64,000 bases of DNA, from the NCBI GenBank assembly GCA_963682135.1, contig OY821645.1, positions 384,001 through 448,000 of the forward strand, written 5' to 3'. The translations under genes and the position numbers were made by a program. Under the pieces are notes generated by a model, which saw nothing but the letters and a program-made list of their open reading frames with translations, made no database searches and was not told the DNA's origin. Below are positions 50,805-60,913 of the stretch, in pieces. The DNA is from Methanothrix sp. (lineage in GTDB: Archaea; Halobacteriota; Methanosarcinia; Methanotrichales; Methanotrichaceae). Numbering within the stretch: position 1 is the first letter of the stretch; each line of letters opens with the position of its first letter.

Positions 50805-51226
50805 CCCACATTTCGCATTAACTGTTTGAACGCTCATCACTTTTTCTGCTATCGGTTTTTCTAAGAATATATATGCTACAACCCAATTGCTCCGATATTT
50901 TGAATCCAAGTAAGATTCGTGGGTCGCGGGTGGATATTACTGAAAAATCTCACAAAAATCGATCACCTGAAGTCCATTTCTGCGTTTGAAATGCCTTATG
51001 CTACTTGCTAGCGTTTTTCAGTAAACTACGTACGCGACCGATTCGTGCAACCATGAATTATCGAGATATATAATGCAATTTTATAAAATAATTGATTTTA
51101 AGTGCTGACTCATTCAATTCATTTTAAATTATTATTTCATAAATGTGGAACTACGCCAATAATTTGTACTCGATAAAGCAATTTAAAAAATAGTACATTT
51201 AGCACATCCTTACTGCGAAATGTGGG
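50805..51226. mobile_element. Non-autonomous MITE with IS1634-type ends
   Basis: Perfect 13-bp TIRs CCCACATTTCGCA / TGCGAAATGTGGG flanked by a 6-bp direct repeat ATTTAA (50799-50804, 51227-51232). Confidence 0.88.
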
Positions 51227-51360
51227 ATTTAATTGAGAATACCAACACTAATGAGGACCATTATTGAGTGGCAGCCTACGATTCAGCCAAGAAAGGAATA
51301 CTGAGGGAAAGGAAACTGAACTGCAATAAGGTAATTTGCCAATTAATATTAACAGGGTTC

Positions 51361-51526
51361 ATTAGATAGGGAGCGCGGAGGGTCACGAATACCCCAACCA
51401 TGAGGTTGGAGATGAAGTGAACCCTCGCCCGGTTTTCATATAAAGCTCGCGGGATTTCATAAAACCAGGCCTGAAGGCGTGCGGCCCGAAGCATACCACA
51501 TCCCTAGGGTGGCCACACGCAGTTTG
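51361..51526 (-). mobile_element. Miniature IS200 derivative (ends only)
   Basis: Reverse complement matches both ends of the IS200 at 26220-26941, with about 45 bp between them. Confidence 0.85.
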
Positions 51527-51565
51527 ATTTAATCGACCTATTTGCAATATATTATAAAATTAGTA

Positions 51566-52420
51566 TTAATCATTTACATTTTCCCCCATCCTCTCGTACG
51601 CCCTCTCCACCATCGCCATGGGTGAAACCGAATTCATCATCAGCCCCAGCTCCTCCGGCCCCAGGCCCAGGGCAACGCCCGCCAGCTGGGTCACATAGAG
51701 CACCGGAATCTCGATCTTCTCCCCGTGTTTTTGCTCCAGCACCTTTTGCTTGGCATCGAGCATCAGATGGCAGAGCGGACAGACGGTGACAATGACCTCC
51801 GCCCCGGCCTTTTTGGCCTCAGCCAGAATCCGGAAGGCAACATCGTCCGCCGCCTTCTCCTGGGGCATGAAGATGGGCCCTCCGCAGCAGGCGGTCTTCA
51901 GCCGAAAGTCCACCGGCTCAGCCTGCAGCCTCTTGATCAGTTCTTCCAGGATGCTGGGAAACTGGGGGCTGTACTGGCCTGCGGGGCGCGTCAGCAGGCA
52001 GCCGTAGTAGGGAGCCACCTTTAGCTCTTTGAGCGGCACCACAATCCTCTCATCATCCTCGGCCAGGGCCTCCAGGATGACGTCAAGGGCGTGGCGAATT
52101 TTGGAGCCGCTGTACTTTTTGTCCAGAACGGCGTTCACCTTTTCCCGAACCTCCGGCTCCTCCAGCCGCTGCGCTGCAGCGCGCAGGTTGCTGTAGCAGA
52201 TGGAGCAGCTGGTCATGATTGGAAGGTCCGTCTGGGCCATGTTGCGAGCCGCCAGGCCTGTAGCCACCAGCTCATTGGAGACGTGCGTTGCCCCGCAGCA
52301 GTTCCAGTCCTCCAGCTCGGTGAGCTCAATTCCCAGAGCGCTGCAGACTGCCTTGGTGGAAGCGTCCATCTCCTTTCCCGTCGATTGGGAGACGCAGCCT
52401 GGATAGTAAGCCAGCTTCAT
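51566..52420 (-). CDS. hdrB: Heterodisulfide reductase subunit B
   Basis: YYPGC, WNCCG, CSIC, YYGCLL, CCGG and CPLC (CCG domains). Confidence 0.93.
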   Translation of the reverse strand: MKLAYYPGCVSQSTGKEMDASTKAVCSALGIELTELEDWNCCGATHVSNELVATGLAARNMAQTDLPIMTSCSICYSNLRAAAQRLEEPEVREKVNAVLDKKYSGSKIRHALDVILEALAEDDERIVVPLKELKVAPYYGCLLTRPAGQYSPQFPSILEELIKRLQAEPVDFRLKTACCGGPIFMPQEKAADDVAFRILAEAKKAGAEVIVTVCPLCHLMLDAKQKVLEQKHGEKIEIPVLYVTQLAGVALGLGPEELGLMMNSVSPMAMVERAYERMGENVND

Positions 52421-52944
52421 GCTTTTCTCAGCTCCTCAACGATCCTCTTGACCTCATCCCGACCTTTGACCTTCTCAGTCTCCAGGCCGATCTTGCCCTT
52501 GGTCAGCAGCTCCAGGCCCATCTGCATGGACTGCACCGCTCCCTGGGGAAAGACGAGCAGAAACTGTCCGGTCAGCTCCAGCTCTGCAATACGGCCATAG
52601 TCACGAATCTGCTTTAGGAAGAATTCCTCGTAAGCGGCGTCCTTGCCCCGCTGCCCTTCTTGCTCGGCTATCTCCTTTAGAGCTGAGACCACAGCTTTTG
52701 GCCGAATGCCCCTCGGGCAGCGCACAGTGCAAAGCAGGCAGGAGGTGCACAGCCAGAGGGTCTCATTATGCAAAGCTTCCTCCTTGCTGCCCTCCAGGCA
52801 GAGTTTGATCAACTTGCGGATGCTGGGATTCATGATATTTGCCGTAGGACAGCTGGCTGAGCAGGTGCCGCACTGAATGCAGGTCAATACCTCCTGCCCG
52901 GCCAGGCGCAACACATCTTGCTTGAACTGTTCATCTCCGGTCAT
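52417..52944 (-). CDS. hdrC: Heterodisulfide reductase subunit C
   Basis: CIQCGTCSASCP and WLCTSCLLCTVRCP motifs. Confidence 0.92.
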   Translation of the reverse strand: MTGDEQFKQDVLRLAGQEVLTCIQCGTCSASCPTANIMNPSIRKLIKLCLEGSKEEALHNETLWLCTSCLLCTVRCPRGIRPKAVVSALKEIAEQEGQRGKDAAYEEFFLKQIRDYGRIAELELTGQFLLVFPQGAVQSMQMGLELLTKGKIGLETEKVKGRDEVKRIVEELRKA

Positions 52945-54146
52945 TTTGATGCTGCCCCTTCAGTGGTATCTTTAGTCCTAATAGCATTCTTCGCCGCAAC
53001 CTTCTTAGCAACATCATTCTGCAGCCGCTCAACAATCTTCCGGCTGGCCTCTTTTGCCGGCTCTTTCTCTAAAATTTGGCGGACCTTCGGCTTTTTCAGC
53101 AGTGCCTCCAGGGGACTCAGAGCCTCATTCACCAGCCGCAAGAGATCCGGATCGATCTTCGGCTTCTCGGGCGCAGGCATAGGCTGGCGATCTACATCCG
53201 GGGGAGAGACAGCCCCGCTCACATCCGGGCGCAGCCGCTCCCCGGTCTTTATTGCAGAGATGGCTTGTTTCCACTCCTCTGCCCAAGGTGTCTCCTTAAT
53301 CTCTGTGTGCCTGACATCCGACCGCTCTACTGCAATGGCCGAGACCGGGCAGGCTTTCTCACACGCCCCACAATAGATGCACTGATCTTTGACCGGCGCT
53401 GCCTTTCCTCGCTCATCCACATACCAGCATTTGGCAGGGCAGACATTGAAGCAGGCCTGGCAGCCCAGTGGATCGCAGCGTACCAGATTCTTCTCGACCA
53501 GCTTTATCTCGCCAACAAATGGCTTCTTGATATCCATGGCCTCGTAGGGGCAGACCTGAGCGCATCTGCCGCAGCCGATGCACAGATCCTGATCAATTTC
53601 AATCTTGCCTGCGAACTCTTTTTCGCCTTCTTGTACTAGTGATACGTCTAAGGGCTTACCCTCGACTTTTATTGCTTCCTCTGGGCAGAGGGATACGCAT
53701 AAGCCGCAGTAGTCGCAAAGCTCCTCATCCACCAGGAGCTGCTCATAGGGCTGAAGAATGCGGGGATCTTTTGCTCTCTCTTTCTCATCCCTGTCTAACA
53801 GTAAGAATGCCTTGCAGAATCTGGCGCAACGGCCACATAGGTTGCACTTTTCAGAATCGACGGCAATCTTTCCATTTATTCCCGAGCGCAGCGGCCCGTA
53901 GTCCTCGCGCGTTTTGTTGAAAGAGACCTTTATGGCACCAGTTGGGCAGACAGGCTCACAAAGCAGGCAGGGCAGGCATTTTTCATTAGGTCGGGCCTCA
54001 GCCAGCAGCCGTGGATACTGCTCCTGCCGGATGAAATCCACGACTTTTTCATTCTCTCTTGCCACCCTTGTCTTCTTCGTCCCATCAGTTGCTTCTGCTA
54101 CATCAGCCACTCCGGTACCATCAGCCACTTCAATCGAGTCCGTCAT
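52941..54146 (-). CDS. Polyferredoxin (FwdF/FmdF-like)
   Basis: Six CxxCxxCxxxC(P)-type 4Fe-4S motifs. Confidence 0.85.
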   Translation of the reverse strand: MTDSIEVADGTGVADVAEATDGTKKTRVARENEKVVDFIRQEQYPRLLAEARPNEKCLPCLLCEPVCPTGAIKVSFNKTREDYGPLRSGINGKIAVDSEKCNLCGRCARFCKAFLLLDRDEKERAKDPRILQPYEQLLVDEELCDYCGLCVSLCPEEAIKVEGKPLDVSLVQEGEKEFAGKIEIDQDLCIGCGRCAQVCPYEAMDIKKPFVGEIKLVEKNLVRCDPLGCQACFNVCPAKCWYVDERGKAAPVKDQCIYCGACEKACPVSAIAVERSDVRHTEIKETPWAEEWKQAISAIKTGERLRPDVSGAVSPPDVDRQPMPAPEKPKIDPDLLRLVNEALSPLEALLKKPKVRQILEKEPAKEASRKIVERLQNDVAKKVAAKNAIRTKDTTEGAASK

Positions 54147-54484
54147 GCCGGCGCCTCCGAAACTCCTGCAGCTTCAGCCGGTTCCTGTGCGGGTTTTTGT
54201 TCTCGCACGGTCATCTTGAAGGCCTTCATGGGACAGAAGTTGACACACATGCCGCAAAAGGCACAGGCATCCAGATCAATGAGCACGGGCGGAGCATCCA
54301 GGCCTTTGGCGATCTCCTGCAAGGGCCCCTCCTGCAAGGCTTTTTTCGGGCAGAGGGCCACACATATGGAGCAACCGGCGCACTTCTTGTAATCATAATC
54401 GAGGACGATCTCCCTCTCTTTGGTCTTCTGTTTGGCCAGAATGTGAGTGCCCTGTGCATCCATATCTTTCTCTATCTCCATCAT
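54143..54484 (-). CDS. 2x[4Fe-4S] ferredoxin-like protein
   Basis: CAGCSICVALCP and CAFCGMCVNFCP motifs. Confidence 0.85.
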   Translation of the reverse strand: MMEIEKDMDAQGTHILAKQKTKEREIVLDYDYKKCAGCSICVALCPKKALQEGPLQEIAKGLDAPPVLIDLDACAFCGMCVNFCPMKAFKMTVREQKPAQEPAEAAGVSEAPA

Positions 54485-56850
54485 GCCGGTGCATCCTCCT
54501 CATTCTTTTTCTCTCTTTTTAGCTCGGTTCCGATGGGTCCCATGGCCTTCAGTTCGCCTATGAAGTCTCTGAGATCCTTTGCGTAAATCTCTCCTTCACT
54601 GGCCGCACACCAGACGATTTTGACTCTTCCCGGATCAATGCCTATCTTCTCCAGAACACCTTTGAGCACATTCACCCTCTGCAGGGCCTGATAGTTGCCA
54701 TCCCGGTAGTGGCATTCACCGATGCGACAGCCGGCTATGAGAACACCATCCGCACCCCGGCGCAGGGCCTCCAGGACGAAGCTCGGGTCGACGCGCGCCG
54801 AGCACATCACCCGTATGTTGCGGGCATTGGTCGGGTACTGGATACGCGAGGTTCCGGCCAGATCCGCAGCTCCATAGCTGCACCAGTTGCAGAGGAAGGC
54901 CACAATGAGGGGAAATTCTCTCTTAACCTGCGTGGCTGCCTGCACCTGAGCCATGATCTGCTCGTCAGAGAAAAAGCGCATATTGATGGCATCAGCCGGA
55001 CAGGCGGCAGCGCAGGAGCCGCACCCTTTGCAGGCTGCTTCATCCACATAGGCCGGACTCTTCACAGCTATGGCTTTCTTGGGACATAGATCGACACAAA
55101 GCTTGCACTTAATGCACTTTTCCGGGTCGACATAAGCCGAGGTTGGCTCCAGCTCCAGCACGCCTTTATGCAGGAGCTTGACTGCCTTTGCCGCTGCGGC
55201 GCTTCCCTGGGCGATGGATATGGGAATCTCCTTGGGACCGGAGGCGCAGCCGGCGATGAAGATTCCGTCGATATGAGCTTCCACGGGCCTCATCTTGGGG
55301 TGGGCGATCTCAAAGAACCTGTCCGGTCTTCGGGAGAGTCCCAGCAAATTGCCCAGAACGTCTGCTTTCTCATCAGGCTCCAGGCCCACAGAGAGGACTG
55401 CCAGATCATGCTTAACCTTCTTTATCTCACCTGTCTGGGTGTCCTCAAAGATCAGGAAGAGCTCGCCATCCACTTGCTCGATGCTAGAGACACGGGAGCG
55501 CACAAAGTTGATGCCCAGCTTCTGCGCTCGCACATAGAATTCTTCGTATCCCTCTCCGCAGGCTCTGATGTCGATATAGTAGATGGTGATATCGGTATGC
55601 GGATACTTCTCCTTTACAAGCTGCGCATTCTTGAGCGAGGCCATGCAGCAGATGCGAGAGCAGTAGAGGTTGCCAACGCTTGAATCACGCGATCCGACGC
55701 ATTGCAGGAAGGCCACCTTCTCGGCAATCTTGCCTGTACTGGGACGCACCACCTCTCCTTTGGTCGGCCCGGAGGCGTTGAGCATCCGTTCCATCTGCAA
55801 GGTGGTGATCACGTCCCTGTACCTGCCAAAGCCGTACTCCTCTTTTCGCGTCGCATCGAAGGGCTGCCATCCGGTAGCCACAATAATGGCGCCCACATTT
55901 AATTTGAAATCCTGTGGCTCCTGATCCAGCTTTACCGCCTGGGCTGGGCAGGCCTCTGCGCAGCGAGCGCAGCCTATGCAGGCTTTTGCATCGACGCAGG
56001 CGACCAATGGCACGGCCTGGGGGTAGGGCACGTAAATGGCCTTTCTCTTGCCGATGCCAAAGTCGTACTCACTGGGCACCTCCACCGGGCAGACGTTTGA
56101 GCATTCGCTGATGCAGCCCTTGCATAGCTTTTCATCCACATAGCGAGCCCTGCGAACTCCGGAGACGGTGAAGTTGCCCACGCTGCCCTCCACGCCCAGG
56201 ACCTCGGCGTAGGTGATGAGGGTAATATCGGGATGGTTGTAGACCTCGGACATCTTGGGCCCCAGGACACAGATGGAGCAGTCGTTGGTAGGAAATACAT
56301 CGGTAAGCAGAGCCATGTAGCCGCCGATAGTAGGCCGCCTCTCCACCAGGAAAACATGCAGTCCCGAGTCGGCCAGATCCAGCGCGGCTGCGATCCCGGC
56401 CACGCCCCCCCCGATTACCAGCACATCCTTGCTGACGGGTATGCTCTCCGGCTCGAGCGGCTGGAGCAGCGCCGCTTTGGCCACGGCCATTGATATGAGG
56501 TCCTTGGCCTTTTCAGTGGCCATGGCCGGCTGGTCCATGTGCACCCAGGAGCATTGCTCCCGGATGTTGGCCATCTCCAGCATGTAAGGATTGAGGCCCG
56601 CTTTGCTGATTGCCCGGCGAAAGGTGGGCTCGTGCAGGCGCGGAGAGCAGGCAGCCACTACCACGCGATCAAGCTTGAACTCGGCAATATCCTTCTGGAT
56701 CTGCTCCTGGCCGATGTCTGAGCAGGAGAACTGCAGATCGCGAGCTACGGCCACATCGGGAAGCTTCTCGGCATAGCTCTTCAGGTCATCCATGTTCAAG
56801 ACGCCGGCAATATTCAGGCCGCAGTGACAGACGTAAACACCTGTTGGCAT
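54481..56850 (-). CDS. hdrA: Heterodisulfide reductase subunit A fused to MvhD
   Basis: GVYVCHCG, NIREQCSWVH, IGGGVAG, CVGSRD and YCSRICC; C-terminal MvhD FLCNWCSY.AADLAG, CRIGECHY. Confidence 0.95.
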   Translation of the reverse strand: MPTGVYVCHCGLNIAGVLNMDDLKSYAEKLPDVAVARDLQFSCSDIGQEQIQKDIAEFKLDRVVVAACSPRLHEPTFRRAISKAGLNPYMLEMANIREQCSWVHMDQPAMATEKAKDLISMAVAKAALLQPLEPESIPVSKDVLVIGGGVAGIAAALDLADSGLHVFLVERRPTIGGYMALLTDVFPTNDCSICVLGPKMSEVYNHPDITLITYAEVLGVEGSVGNFTVSGVRRARYVDEKLCKGCISECSNVCPVEVPSEYDFGIGKRKAIYVPYPQAVPLVACVDAKACIGCARCAEACPAQAVKLDQEPQDFKLNVGAIIVATGWQPFDATRKEEYGFGRYRDVITTLQMERMLNASGPTKGEVVRPSTGKIAEKVAFLQCVGSRDSSVGNLYCSRICCMASLKNAQLVKEKYPHTDITIYYIDIRACGEGYEEFYVRAQKLGINFVRSRVSSIEQVDGELFLIFEDTQTGEIKKVKHDLAVLSVGLEPDEKADVLGNLLGLSRRPDRFFEIAHPKMRPVEAHIDGIFIAGCASGPKEIPISIAQGSAAAAKAVKLLHKGVLELEPTSAYVDPEKCIKCKLCVDLCPKKAIAVKSPAYVDEAACKGCGSCAAACPADAINMRFFSDEQIMAQVQAATQVKREFPLIVAFLCNWCSYGAADLAGTSRIQYPTNARNIRVMCSARVDPSFVLEALRRGADGVLIAGCRIGECHYRDGNYQALQRVNVLKGVLEKIGIDPGRVKIVWCAASEGEIYAKDLRDFIGELKAMGPIGTELKREKKNEEDAPA

Positions 56851-56962
56851 GAGACTTCAGATGGGTATAATCGCCTTAAGTCACTTAAAGTTATGCCATT
56901 GAGATTGTTATCTTATCTGTGCAGACCGAAAAATATTTTAGTAAAGAATTCTTTTACAGTTT

Positions 56963-57982
56963 ATGCAAACTCGCACATTGATAATATTATTAATTATATT
57001 CTTATTATTATACGAAGGTTGCTTTGCGCAGGGGTCAAGTCAAAAAGCTCAAAATAATAATTGTGATCAACTATTAGAGTTGGCCGATAAATTGCTGACA
57101 GAAAAACCACCTAATGCCAGAGAAGCTGCAACCAAATACGAGCTAGTGAAAAAGGATTGTCCCGAAAAAATAGAGCCTGAGCAACTTTGCAGAATGGCGG
57201 AGGCTTATGATTCATATGATGAGAAAAAGAGCAAAGAATTCTGCAAAAAGTTCGTTTCTAACGATTGCAAAGCATGTCAAGAATCAATACATGGTGAGAA
57301 TCATGACATAGGCCCATTTGAAAATTATAGTTCCGTAGGTAAAAGTATACAAGTTTTAATAATTACTATTGCTTCCCCTGAAATGATTCATTACAATCCT
57401 CAAGTCAACATGTCATTACCTATAGCCATGAACCATTCACTTTATAGAAATAGCAGTCCTCCAGTCATAATTGTGAATCCCGCAATTACCTGGAACTTTG
57501 AAAGCGGCTTTCTGCGCGGCTGGAATAGGTCAGGCAATGCCTTTGATCATCAGCCTGTCCAAAGAGGCAAGACAGTGACGCCAAAGACTAGATCATTTGC
57601 AGGTGAGGGCAATTTCTGGGTAACATCTTATGAGATGAATTCAGGCTTAAGCTCTGCAAATGTAACTGCCAATGTCACGGGCGATATCCCAACCGGTACC
57701 TTGGAATCCCTTCCCTTCATAGTAAGGGGAGAATCCATCAGCTTCCTCCAGGGAGGAGGACGAAACTGTTCAGTTGACCTTCGGGTAGATGATGAAATAG
57801 TTTTAACTGCGATAGGCAATGACACAGATACAATGCGCAGGGTAACATGGAATGTCACTTCTCTGAAAGGAAAAGAGGCAGTCTTGTTAGTTGTTGATAA
57901 TAGCACCGAAAGATGGGGACATGTGAACTTCGATGATGTACGATTCGATATAGCCCCAATGGTATTAGCTTTCCGGAAGTGA
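56963..57982 (+). CDS. Secreted protein with helical N-domain and probable carbohydrate-binding beta-sandwich
   Basis: Signal peptide; FESG..GW..SGNAF, TGTLES.PF, ISFL.GGG and WGHVNFDD, a pattern recalled from modules attached to glycoside hydrolases. Confidence 0.7.
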   Translation: MQTRTLIILLIIFLLLYEGCFAQGSSQKAQNNNCDQLLELADKLLTEKPPNAREAATKYELVKKDCPEKIEPEQLCRMAEAYDSYDEKKSKEFCKKFVSNDCKACQESIHGENHDIGPFENYSSVGKSIQVLIITIASPEMIHYNPQVNMSLPIAMNHSLYRNSSPPVIIVNPAITWNFESGFLRGWNRSGNAFDHQPVQRGKTVTPKTRSFAGEGNFWVTSYEMNSGLSSANVTANVTGDIPTGTLESLPFIVRGESISFLQGGGRNCSVDLRVDDEIVLTAIGNDTDTMRRVTWNVTSLKGKEAVLLVVDNSTERWGHVNFDDVRFDIAPMVLAFRK

Positions 57983-59088
57983 TAATGTTTGTGGCCATGA
58001 TGCTAAATCATCATTTAAAGATGATGCAAATTCTATCGCTGATCGTAATGATAGCATTTCTTGGACTGCTTGCTGCAAGAGCTGATTCTGCGGATAACAA
58101 TAGAGTGCAAGCTTTAAATATTTTAAATATGTCGCAAAACATCTCGAATATCGTTCATGAGGAAAACGCTTCAATGGATTTGTTGAGAAATGCAACCCTC
58201 AATTTTTCACTATATTGTGTAGATAGGTCTCTAGAATTGGATAAAGATCTCCATGAAGCCTACATGCATAAGTGTGATCTGCTGATAGAATCTGGCAGAG
58301 ATGAAGAAGCTATTTCCTGCTGCGATAAATTGCTCAATGAAGACCCTTTGCAACAGGATATTTGGTTTAAAAAAGGACAGGCTTTGGATAGATTAAAGCA
58401 GTGGTCAGAGTCGATTGAGTGCTACGACAGAGCCATCTGCTGCTATTATCTTTTGAAGGGAGCATCCTGCTATGACAAGATGCATGAGGGAGATGCCTGG
58501 TATTACAAAGCGCAAGACCACAAGCGTATGAAAGATTACAGCAAAGCACTATCGTGTTATAATAAATCAATTGAGATCTATAGCAACATCTCATGCGTTG
58601 ACAATAATCGTCCAACAGTGGCATGGCAGGAGAAAGGGTACGCCCTTCTGGAAATGAACGGATATAATGAGTCTATTGCTTGCTTTAGGAAAGTTCTCTT
58701 AAGGAGGGATAAGTTCTCTCATTCATCTGCAAATGCCTATCGAGGAATGGGTTTAGCCCAATTGCTCCTCGCCAAAAACCTGAGCAGCAAAGGATCTGGT
58801 CAATCTGCATATTTCTACGAGCAATCCAATATATCTTATGGGAACTCGATACGAGCTTTTGAGTGGCAAAAAGATAACAGGTCGGCGTGGTCTGCCTATT
58901 TTGGCAAGGGAGTAGCACTCAGCTTTTTGCCGGGAAGAAGCGATGATTCCAGAGTAGCATTCAGTAAAGCGGCAGAACTCGCTAGAGGAAAAGATATTCC
59001 ATATTTAAAATGGATTGGCAATTCAATGCGGTGGATCTTTGAAAAAGCAAAGGAGGCTTTCGATTACGCCAATTACCGAACTGCCTGA
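57979..59088 (+). CDS. TPR-repeat protein with N-terminal signal/TM
   Basis: Repeated W..KG.AL..L..Y.E.I.C[YF] TPR units. Confidence 0.8.
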   Translation: MIMFVAMMLNHHLKMMQILSLIVMIAFLGLLAARADSADNNRVQALNILNMSQNISNIVHEENASMDLLRNATLNFSLYCVDRSLELDKDLHEAYMHKCDLLIESGRDEEAISCCDKLLNEDPLQQDIWFKKGQALDRLKQWSESIECYDRAICCYYLLKGASCYDKMHEGDAWYYKAQDHKRMKDYSKALSCYNKSIEIYSNISCVDNNRPTVAWQEKGYALLEMNGYNESIACFRKVLLRRDKFSHSSANAYRGMGLAQLLLAKNLSSKGSGQSAYFYEQSNISYGNSIRAFEWQKDNRSAWSAYFGKGVALSFLPGRSDDSRVAFSKAAELARGKDIPYLKWIGNSMRWIFEKAKEAFDYANYRTA

Positions 59089-60286
59089 TGATAAGGCAGT
59101 AATTCCGCCAAATCCATTGCATTTTCAAGGAATTAGGAGCAGCAAGCTTCGCTTCTTACTATATCGAATTCTGCCTCTTTGCCTAATTGCAGGGACTGTA
59201 GCCATTTCTGTCCGGCAAGGATTTTCTCTTTCAGTGTGGATTTATGCATCGATGATATTGGCATATCTTCTTACATTATTATTATTTAAAAATATGATGG
59301 ACTCAATTCCAACTACATTCCACACTCTCACGATTCGGGGGATACTTGTTCAAAATTGTTCTTCTCCCGAAAATTATCTAAATTTTATGCAGGATTTTGA
59401 GAACGCTTTGAATAGGAGATCCGGGCAGATTGTCTTTGGATTGATCTTCGCAGCGGTACTCGTGCGCAGATCTTATTTTGATTTCCGTAAATGGTTGCCT
59501 GAGGATTTCTTGAATATCCCACTCTTCAGTGTGGGAGATATCTGGACGCAAATTTGGGCAATATATATCTATAGTAATTATTATATAACTACGCTGTTGA
59601 GCGATAATCCTCTTCGTTTCTTTACCGGATTCATTTTGGAGCCCATTTTGGGCTACTTCTTAGGGATGATTGCGTGGCGCATGCTCATCACTGGTTTGCA
59701 GATTTATCGAGTTGATAAGAAATTCAACTTGGTTCCTCGACTCAACGATCCGGATCAATGCGGCGGCCTCAATCCTCTTGGCAAATTATGCCTTTACAAT
59801 GCCAAGATAGTAGGAATATGGGGGGCATTGTTGGGAATATGGATCATATTGGGGACAAGCTATCAGATCTACGATAACTATTTGCCGCTTTATTATTATC
59901 AGATACCGGTACTGCTATTGGTCGCGGTGGCAGGCTTCTTCATTCCGCTCTGGGGCGTTCACTGTGCAATGGCCAAGAGAAAGGTTGATCTGGATATAAA
60001 GCTGGATCAAATAGCTCAGAACATAAATGAATTATCTCAGAAGAGACTCAATTGGGCGCTCAAAGGGGAACAAGAGCCGGACAGTGTAGCGGTGGATATC
60101 GAAAAGATGAAAAAAGTCTTTGCTGAAAATATTAACTATCCGGTATGGCCTTTTAACTATAGCCTTATTTTATCCTTTGTCACTTCTCAAGCCATACCGC
60201 TGTTGGGTTTGACTGGTCTTGGAGCTCCGATCTTGAATATCTTACGCTCTCTATTGGACTTTTTAAATCAGCTTGGTGGGTCCTAG
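59015..60286 (+). CDS. Polytopic membrane protein of unknown function
   Basis: About 7 hydrophobic segments; PDQCGGLNPLG and YPVWPF motifs. Start codon uncertain. Confidence 0.72.
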   Translation: MAIQCGGSLKKQRRLSITPITELPDDKAVIPPNPLHFQGIRSSKLRFLLYRILPLCLIAGTVAISVRQGFSLSVWIYASMILAYLLTLLLFKNMMDSIPTTFHTLTIRGILVQNCSSPENYLNFMQDFENALNRRSGQIVFGLIFAAVLVRRSYFDFRKWLPEDFLNIPLFSVGDIWTQIWAIYIYSNYYITTLLSDNPLRFFTGFILEPILGYFLGMIAWRMLITGLQIYRVDKKFNLVPRLNDPDQCGGLNPLGKLCLYNAKIVGIWGALLGIWIILGTSYQIYDNYLPLYYYQIPVLLLVAVAGFFIPLWGVHCAMAKRKVDLDIKLDQIAQNINELSQKRLNWALKGEQEPDSVAVDIEKMKKVFAENINYPVWPFNYSLILSFVTSQAIPLLGLTGLGAPILNILRSLLDFLNQLGGS

Positions 60287-60309
60287 TATGACCGCCTTCT
60301 CTTCTTTGG

Positions 60310-60500
60310 AGCATCCATTCGCGCCGTGCGCCGGCATAAGTCCTTCCTGATCATCGTGGCCGTTCCAACCGTCTAGACCTGCGCCATCCAGCTCCTGGCC
60401 CCCACGCGGCAAACATCGATTGCTCCAATATCCATAGCACCCGCAGCTTTCACATGCGAAATGCGCGCTGAAACCGGCATGGTCTTGAAAGGACGGATGT
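60310..60500 (+). pseudogene. Possible phosphoribosyltransferase 3' remnant
   Basis: ASIRAVRRHKSFLIIVAVPTV*TCAIQLLAP resembles the type-I PRTase 'IVVAVP' segment; contains an internal stop. Confidence 0.35.
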
Positions 60501-60623
60501 AATAATTTTACTTAAGTTTCATGGATCTTTGGCCGTGAATTGAGTCCAATTTGCCCTTTTTCTCTCAGATCGATACCATAAGTTTATATCCTACTAATAT
60601 TAATTATTATTTGAGTTATTAAT

Positions 60624-60869
60624 ATGAACCTGCTTCATTTGCTCTCCATCCTGCTGGAGGTGGTCGTGGCGGCCCTGGGCGTGATGCTGGCCATCCGCAA
60701 GAAGAAGATGTACGGCTGGTGCATAGCCATAACCTTTGTACTCTACGTGATCTATGATCTGGCAAATCTTCTGGCCTGGAATATCTCCCAGGATACTCTT
60801 TATACCATCTTTTTCGTGGCCACTATCTCAATTCTCTGGGCAGTATGGAACATCTTCCTGGAGTCGTGA
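60624..60869 (+). CDS. Small 3-TM membrane protein
   Basis: 81-aa hydrophobic ORF with a TTTATAT box upstream. Confidence 0.7.
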   Translation: MNLLHLLSILLEVVVAALGVMLAIRKKKMYGWCIAITFVLYVIYDLANLLAWNISQDTLYTIFFVATISILWAVWNIFLES

Positions 60870-60913
60870 GGTCAATGGTCAGCTTTTTTTAGAATGCGCA
60901 CTAATAAAAGAGG

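Noticed and set aside
51276-51494. 72-aa minus-strand ORF
   Set aside because: Lies largely within the mini-IS200 element; not a credible gene.
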